Shown one piece after another: positions 60,401-64,000 of a stretch of 64,000 bases of DNA. The position numbers and the translations under genes were made by a program. The DNA is from an uncultured bacterium. GTDB taxonomy: Bacteria > Oederibacteriota > PGYV01 > CAWJRG01. The notes beneath the pieces are model-generated. The model was not told where the DNA came from and searched no databases. It saw only the letters and a program-made list of their open reading frames with translations. The stretch is taken from NCBI GenBank assembly GCA_963845185.1, contig CAWJRG010000011.1, positions 110,403-174,402 of the forward strand, in the 5' to 3' direction. Numbering within the stretch: the stretch's first letter is position 1; every line of letters begins with the position of its first letter.

Positions 60401-63400
60401 TCCTGCCAGTACTGCCGCGTTCTGGATTACTATATTATTACTCGCTGATACTGCGCTTGACAGGTTTGTCCCCTGCGTATGGTCCTTGCCCGTCGCGTTT
60501 GTGCTTACCCATACTGTCCCTGCTGTCTGTGCCGCGTATACCCATGTTATTTCCCCGCTTGCCCCGTTTGCCAGTGTCGGCGTACCTGTTGTAGGCCCTA
60601 GTATCGGGCTTCCACTCAGGCTACCTGTCCCTGCTGTTATTATTGCCCCGCCAGCTATATTGTCCACTGCTCCGGTCCCGTTGTTTGTCACTGTCAGTAT
60701 TATCGTTACGTTCTCCCCTGTCGACACTGTCGGAGGCATCATGCTCACGCTGCTTATTATGTTCGCTGCCGTCACTATCCCTACGTTATTGCTTGTCGAT
60801 ATCCCCACTGTTGATGTTGTGTTATTTGAGTTCGCGTCTATTCCGCTCGCTGTTGCCGTGAAGTTTATTGTCCCTGCGTTTACCGCGTTATATATCCAGC
60901 TGAATGTATATGACCCGCCTCCTGCTATTACCTGCGGCACTGCAGAGTTTGCCACGCTTATCACTGCGCTTCCAGGCGCTGTTACTACTTCCCAGTTCAT
61001 CCCCGTCACGCTTACGCTTGTTGCAGCCGCCCCGCCTGTGTTGTTTACTGTCGCCAATACATTTATCGCTGCCCCTGTTCCTACAACTACAGGTACTGCC
61101 TGGATGCTCAGCACAAGGTTCGCAGGCGTTACTATGTTCACTATCCCGCTTGGCGTTGTCCCGCTCGATATTATTGCCCCTGAATTCGCGTCTGTACCAG
61201 ACGCGTTCCCGTTAAATGTTATTGTCCCTGCCCCGGCCGCGCTGTATACCCACGTGTAGTTCTGGCTGCTGTTTGCCGCTATGTTCTGCGCTCCCGGCGC
61301 CGAACCCTGCAGTATTACCCCGCCTGTACCTACTATGGTCAATGTCCCCGGCACTACGTTATCCGCTATTGCTCCGCCTGTGTTGGTCACCACCATCACT
61401 ACCGTGAACTGCTGGTTCATGTCCTCGGTTGTTGGCGCGTATATGCTGCTTGTTAAACTCGCCGGCGCCTGGATCAAGATATTATTGCTGCTTGTAGGCC
61501 CTGAACTTGCCTGCGCTCCGTTATATACATTGTACCCTATCGCGCCTGTGTTTACCCCCAATTGCCCTGCTCCTGTCGCGTTATATGTCCATGTGAAATT
61601 CGCCGACGTCCCCGGCATTATGTTCTGGCTCGCCGGGTTCCCTCCTGCCTGCGTATAGTTCCCTGTTCCAAGCTTGTTCAATGCCAGCGGCGCTACATTT
61701 ATTGCCTCGCTCACTCCTGCTGCGTTCGTCACTGTCAATACTATCGTTATCTCCTGCCCTATGCTTACCTGCACGGGATTTATCGTTATGTTCTGCGTCA
61801 GTACCGGCACTCCTACCACGGTCAATACATTCGCGTTGTTGCTGCTTATATTCGTCGATGTTGAAAGCCCGCTGCTCGCTGTATCGTTTATCGGCGCTGT
61901 CCCTGCGTTCGCGCTTGTGTATATCCATGTGAATTCCTTGTACCCGCCTATTGGCACATCTGTTGTCGTTGGCAACGGCCCGCTGTTCAGCGTGCTTCCA
62001 AGCACTGCTGCAAGCACTCCCGGCGTTGTATTTGGCGCGTCAACCACTCCTACATTGCTTACTCCCATCACTACCGTGTATGCCTGCGGTATGCTTACTG
62101 TATTCGGCGTTACTATTATCCAGCTGTTCAATACAGGCGTGTTCGGCTGCACGTTCACCGTATTACTCGTTGACCCTGTGCTCGCCACCGCCAGCCCTGA
62201 ATTATTATCTGTCCCAGACGCGTTCCCGTTAAATGTTGATGCCCCTGTTGCTGTCGGGCTGTATTTCCACGTGAACTCTGCGCTTGTTCCTCCCGGTATG
62301 TTCTGCGATCCGCCTGGCCCTGTTATTAGCGTCTCATTTGCCGCCACCAATGCCGACGGCAATACATTATCCGCTGTCGCCTGCCCTGAGTTTGTCACTG
62401 TCATTATCACTGTTATTGTGAACCCTACCCCTACTATTGGCGGCGCCGCGCTTATGCTCGACGCCAGTGCCGCAGGCGCCTGGATTACTATATTATTAAC
62501 TGTTGCTATATTGCTCGTTATACCCAGCCCGGTGTTCACGTCTATCCCGTGCGCTGCGCTTGTCAGTGTCACAAGCCCTGCGCCTGTAGCGTTGAATGTC
62601 CACGTGAAATCATATGACCCGGCCGCCAATATGTTCTGGCTCGCCGGCGAACTCACTACTGCAACTGCTCCTGTCCCGCTGGATACTGTCGGCGTTACTG
62701 GCAATACCCCGTTCGCTACTGCCCCTCCTGTGTTTGTCACTGCCATTATTACTGTTATTAATTGCCCTGCACTCACCTGCATCGGCATTGCTGTCATTGC
62801 TCCTGCCAGTACTGCCGCGTTCTGGATTACTATATTATTACTCGCTGATACTGCGCTTGACAGGTTTGTCCCCTGCGTATGGTCCTTGCCCGTCGCGTTT
62901 GTGCTTACCCATACTGTCCCTGCTGTCTGTGCCGCGTATACCCATGTTATTTCCCCGCTTGCCCCGTTTGCCAGTGTCGGCGTACCTGTTGTAGGCCCTA
63001 GTATCGGGCTTCCACTCAGGCTACCTGTCCCTGCTGTTATTATTGCCCCGCCAGCTATATTGTCCACTGCTCCGGTCCCGTTGTTTGTCACTGTCAGTAT
63101 TATCGTTACGTTCTCCCCTGTCGACACTGTCGGAGGCATCATGCTCACGCTGCTTATTATGTTCGCTGCCGTCACTATCCCTACGTTATTGCTTGTCAAT
63201 ATCCCCACTGTTGATGTTGTGTTATTTGAGTTCGCGTCTATTCCGCTCGCTGTTGCCGTGAAGTTTATTGTCCCTGCGTTTACCGCGTTATATATCCAGC
63301 TGAATGTATATGACCCGCCTCCTGCTATTACCTGCGGCACTGCAGAGTTTGCCACGCTTATCACTGCGCTTCCAGGCGCTGTTACTACTTCCCAGTTCAT

Positions 63401-64000
63401 CCCCGTCACGCTTACGCTTGTTGCAGCCGCCCCGCCTGTGTTGTTTACTGTCGCCAATACATTTATCGCTGCCCCTGTTCCTACAACTACAGGTACTGCC
63501 TGGATGCTCAGCACAAGGTTCGCAGGCGTTACTATGTTCACTATCCCGCTTGGCGTTGTCCCGCTCGATATTATTGCCCCTGAATTCGCGTCTGTACCAG
63601 ACGCGTTCCCGTTAAATGTTATTGTCCCTGCCCCGGCCGCGCTGTATACCCACGTGTAGTTCTGGCTGCTGTTTGCCGCTATGTTCTGCGCTCCCGGCGC
63701 CGAACCCTGCAGTATTACCCCGCCTGTACCTACTATGGTCAATGTCCCCGGCACTACGTTATCCGCTATTGCTCCGCCTGTGTTGGTCACCACCATCACT
63801 ACCGTGAACTGCTGGTTCATGTCCTCGGTTGTTGGCGCGTATATGCTGCTTGTTAAACTCGCCGGCGCCTGGATCAAGATATTATTGCTGCTTGTAGGCC
63901 CTGAACTTGCCTGCGCTCCGTTATATACATTGTACCCTATCGCGCCTGTGTTTACCCCCAATTGCCCTGCTCCTGTCGCGTTATATGTCCATGTGAAATT
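51407..64000 (-). CDS. Giant surface protein of tandem ~133-aa Ig-like (DUF11/CARDB-like) domains with C-terminal FlgD/T9SS-like domain; 5' end outside window
   Basis: Frame open to the window edge (NFTWTYNATGAGQL precedes the ORF-track start); recurring V.M.VTN.G...FTW.Y motif; C-terminus VFDISGHRIR..WDGKADDG..V.NGIYYI..KKVAVIKQ. Confidence 0.9.
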   Translation of the reverse strand, partial: NFTWTYNATGAGQLGVNTGAIGYNVYNGAQASSGPTSSNNILIQAPASLTSSIYAPTTEDMNQQFTVVMVVTNTGGAIADNVVPGTLTIVGTGGVILQGSAPGAQNIAANSSQNYTWVYSAAGAGTITFNGNASGTDANSGAIISSGTTPSGIVNIVTPANLVLSIQAVPVVVGTGAAINVLATVNNTGGAAATSVSVTGMNWEVVTAPGSAVISVANSAVPQVIAGGGSYTFSWIYNAVNAGTINFTATASGIDANSNNTTSTVGILTSNNVGIVTAANIISSVSMMPPTVSTGENVTIILTVTNNGTGAVDNIAGGAIITAGTGSLSGSPILGPTTGTPTLANGASGEITWVYAAQTAGTVWVSTNATGKDHTQGTNLSSAVSASNNIVIQNAAVLAGAMTAMPMQVSAGQLITVIMAVTNTGGAVANGVLPVTPTVSSGTGAVAVVSSPASQNILAAGSYDFTWTFNATGAGLVTLTSAAHGIDVNTGLGITSNIATVNNIVIQAPAALASSISAAPPIVGVGFTITVIMTVTNSGQATADNVLPSALVAANETLITGPGGSQNIPGGTSAEFTWKYSPTATGASTFNGNASGTDNNSGLAVASTGSTSNTVNVQPNTPVLNSWIIVTPNTVSIPQAYTVVMGVSNVGVVDAPNTTPGVLAAVLGSTLNSGPLPTTTDVPIGGYKEFTWIYTSANAGTAPINDTASSGLSTSTNISSNNANVLTVVGVPVLTQNITINPVQVSIGQEITIVLTVTNAAGVSEAINVAPLALNKLGTGNYTQAGGNPASQNIMPGTSANFTWTYNATGAGQLGVNTGAIGYNVYNGAQASSGPTSSNNILIQAPASLTSSIYAPTTEDMNQQFTVVMVVTNTGGAIADNVVPGTLTIVGTGGVILQGSAPGAQNIAANSSQNYTWVYSAAGAGTITFNGNASGTDANSGAIISSGTTPSGIVNIVTPANLVLSIQAVPVVVGTGAAINVLATVNNTGGAAATSVSVTGMNWEVVTAPGSAVISVANSAVPQVIAGGGSYTFSWIYNAVNAGTINFTATASGIDANSNNTTSTVGISTSNNVGIVTAANIISSVSMMPPTVSTGENVTIILTVTNNGTGAVDNIAGGAIITAGTGSLSGSPILGPTTGTPTLANGASGEITWVYAAQTAGTVWVSTNATGKDHTQGTNLSSAVSASNNIVIQNAAVLAGAMTAMPMQVSAGQLITVIMAVTNTGGAVANGVLPVTPTVSSGTGAVAVVSSPASQNILAAGSYDFTWTFNATGAGLVTLTSAAHGIDVNTGLGITSNIATVNNIVIQAPAALASSISAAPPIVGVGFTITVIMTVTNSGQATADNVLPSALVAANETLITGPGGSQNIPGGTSAEFTWKYSPTATGASTFNGNASGTDNNSGLAVASTGSTSNTVNVQPNTPVLNSWIIVTPNTVSIPQAYTVVMGVSNVGVVDAPNTTPGALAAVLGSTLNSGPLPTTTDVPIGGYKEFTWIYTSANAGTAPINDTASSGLSTSTNISSNNANVLTVVGVPVLAQDINIIPATVSVNQLITIIMNVTNSGQSEAINVAPLALNKLGTGSYTQNGPNPASQDIAANGGTATYTWTYNATGAGTLAVNDGVAGYNVYNNALVNSTASNSNYITIQAPANLASSIYGPSAVDLNQVMTIYMVVTNTGGAAVNAVLPSALGQSDGGGAIPVSSPTPTTIIGGGSAVFTWTYNASGTGQLVFNGNASGTDANTGLAVSSPGSSCSAITISTPASLNISLSSIPALNVGTGANLTIILNITNAGQSTALNITPQPIVLGGTGVVTPNTTPVAIASLGGGASTSLTWTYAASTTTGPVSFTTSLAATDPVSGLPVTITPVSVNTTVTIVPSSHLTISSFTALPATVSSNQNVTVLMTVNNDGTGKADLVAPLAMTVFGPASLVSGPTPASVASLNQGNSQVFQWVYNTTSSGTVWFSNAATAVDDTQGNTIFAQAMWTNNVTVQSPAGLAMSINGVPAQVSVGQLINVYVTVTDTGSAQAVGVSPITPSAGGGFVTVQTGPSPNSATIAGGGSQVFTFTYLANNATSNINLASLVTGYDVNSNVTVTASASSNNILIQTPPQLTASLSEAPVTIKQTVDTVTVIMKVVNMGQATASGVAPSLTTTGVPAPMPITGPQPPNAVIAGNGGSASFTWTFMASGTGVLTFTGYAQGIDANSLLPVSSIGTTTTVNVVSNLPVLVANMTANPGNVEVGQTFTVVMSVQNVGLVDALTVSTTALTVGPLPADAVLITGPLPAAQNITAGNTVNFTWTYATTANVTVTFQGNAFTGVVASNVAQTSVVSNNPALLSYNNMQILIPPAVYSVGQNITVVMTISNTGQTDADNVHPLAALTRIGTAAAQLINGPNPANTVIPAGGSGNFTWTYNLTGWGNLSYYGQAQGTDASTGTVFNSVTATSNSIVVQSPAQISSTISIQAATINLGQAITVIMTVTNNGMATAVGVSPNNMILIGTGGMFPLGPAPAQQNIPGNSTAYFTWTYSASGQGSVALEGNCSGTDQNSLLAVNSQVNDSNYVNIQIPAQLNIAINAIPSSVKTGQSITVYMTVTNSGQETTGGVLTSALTLVSTGGGNAVLSSGPNPATLGDLAGGASGEFTWVYNSTAQGQIQFSGFAYGLNVNTGINTTSTAINSNQVSINNSAFLVSSITALPATVSTLQFITVALTVTNNGTAITDGNVTPSVGVNTFGGVTFNLVSAPAPSAPLAAGTGTATFTWIYTASSVGSMSFSANAAYADLTYGQQYTVPVTSGIVQVQTAAALTSSITSPVSVDTNTQVFTITMLVQNTGGATANGVSPALFVTGTAGTGVMPVTAPAPIAIPGGTSYTFTWTFSGFGTGNLTFSGDATGIDNNSGLAVSSSMSLANNSTALQVQPALLVTAMTPYPPTVATTQMITIFMTVSNSGGALAQSIIPSALTVVNSGTGNAILTTGPLPAAVGSLNPGAAVTFTWTYSATAAGNVWFSGSANAIDSNTTGAITTGVTNTVQVSIIAAQAILTASLSAAPLTVGYGEMFTVYMSVTNTGLYAANNVLPALPLLQNDTPAGPPLSTVITPPTTAVTLNINQSAEFTWIYSANATTPGIVSYSGSATGTDTGPFYGGAEISVPSTSNNVAIQAPATLASNLTVMPLVVNLNQAITLIMTVTNTGGASAVTVNPNQLVKIGTGGSTPDNPIHVPVNVTILPGGSQNFTWVVTANGTGPLAWQGNATGYDVNTGAAVSSVNTTTNFINIEQPATLGLPQIVSPSNLSLLMVQLTPVPIFQGQLFTVTMTITNSGQGTVNNVMATLSATGSGSLEVISAPTPVNMPGGATDTFTWTYSSTSIGNITLQGWVQGLDVNSGNTIYSLTGSMGGITVKSAASLASQMSIVPATAFSGDAFQVILVVTNTGAVAAVGVSPTAMQTNSMGAIPPVAALASPWPAPITIQPNSTGSFTWIYTASGSGMVSFSSSADGLDANASWPLMTTVTGATITIQSSAALSANISALPATVSTGEQIIITMTITQTGVAGTTAYNVIPFALKVNGPAGSLSAPTTVPLQAQPVTLTTGTAVTYQWTYSTNNAGTVTFSTYATGQDPIRGNIQSISELSAPVTIQKAAGLTNTIAGVPAQVDIGSNFTITLTVSNTGDAAVNTLVPVFAASANATLVSGPTPANYANLAGHNTATFVWVYTGQSAGVFSLTASAQGTDANSGLAVNSTSVTSNISVQTPAALVSTVFTIPANTISQTQVVSVVLSVTNSGGATADNVTPSMTLTNGGLVIPMVTPVAKNINGNGSATFIWTYSCSGIGQVTFDSSAQGTDANTGAVVGSAATNALLTITEPSANLQSQVVFYTPVTPVPLGQALTVVLNMTNIGLVAATDVTPNAMVIAPNIVNPVNAVSPANIALIPVNGTASFTWTYTASNTPGVVNFSASASGTNNGTSTIVPVSANNNLTIAPSGASFTINIVASPPSVALTQMITVIMTVSNIGQTAAFNVNPDAVTPTTTGPGVATFVTETSADNIGLAPGASAAFTWVYTAVTGGTIEFNRGLAFSYIDSVSLNTVSTQTLLTASNTVSIQFGQPTAIQNDMYLSTNSINPNKGQTVTIVFSVASNASSSSVMVFDISGHRIRTMNLGPVTAGVLYTQLAIWDGKADDGMVVTNGIYYIKLTAGGYSQIKKVAVIKQ
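59402..64000. repeat. Near-perfect 2400-bp tandem duplication inside the giant gene
   Basis: 59402-61600 matches 61802-64000 with about five substitutions seen by eye (59576, 59603, 59616, 59618, 60798). Confidence 0.95.

Noticed and set aside
59382..63659. Long plus-strand ORFs (625 and 661 aa) opposite the giant gene
   Set aside because: Antisense shadows caused by biased codon and amino-acid usage; they repeat with the 2400-bp unit and have no recognisable motifs.

Overview
Bacterial chromosomal window with essentially all genes on the minus strand. It is probably a diderm candidate-phylum organism (inference from beta-barrel, SurA-like and PorV-like genes and a divergent EF-Tu switch I). 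Contents, left to right: the str/S10 ribosomal cluster (rpsL-rpsG-fusA-tuf-rpsJ-rplC-rplD); a decaying tandem triplication of DUF2723/TMEM260-like glycosyltransferase-TPR genes; an lsrF-like aldolase plus Zn-dehydrogenase pair; two peptide ABC ATPases; an IS1182 element inserted in the centre of a REP palindrome; an 11-subunit complex I operon (no nuoEFG) interrupted by a four-helix-bundle gene; polyprenyl synthase; a GT39-like glycosyltransferase coupled to a secreted protein with a T9SS/FlgD-like C-terminal domain; argCJ; three SurA/PPIase genes; a beta-barrel OMP; rarA; DUF1015; pgi; hisG; an HD-GYP protein; a PorV-like-FN3 protein; and a giant (>4,190 aa, runs off the window) Ig-like-repeat surface protein with a near-perfect 2,400-bp tandem duplication. 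Most notable: (1) a two-hairpin element with covarying stems, which I do not recognise, present three times and always abutting a Shine-Dalgarno (rplC, nuoL, hisG); (2) 7-nt-periodic, self-complementary repeat tracts flanking the four-helix-bundle gene, with gene-less copies in other operon spacers; (3) a T9SS-like cargo/PorV/O-glycosylation surface system. nuoN and rarA carry single-base homopolymer frameshifts that may be sequencing errors.
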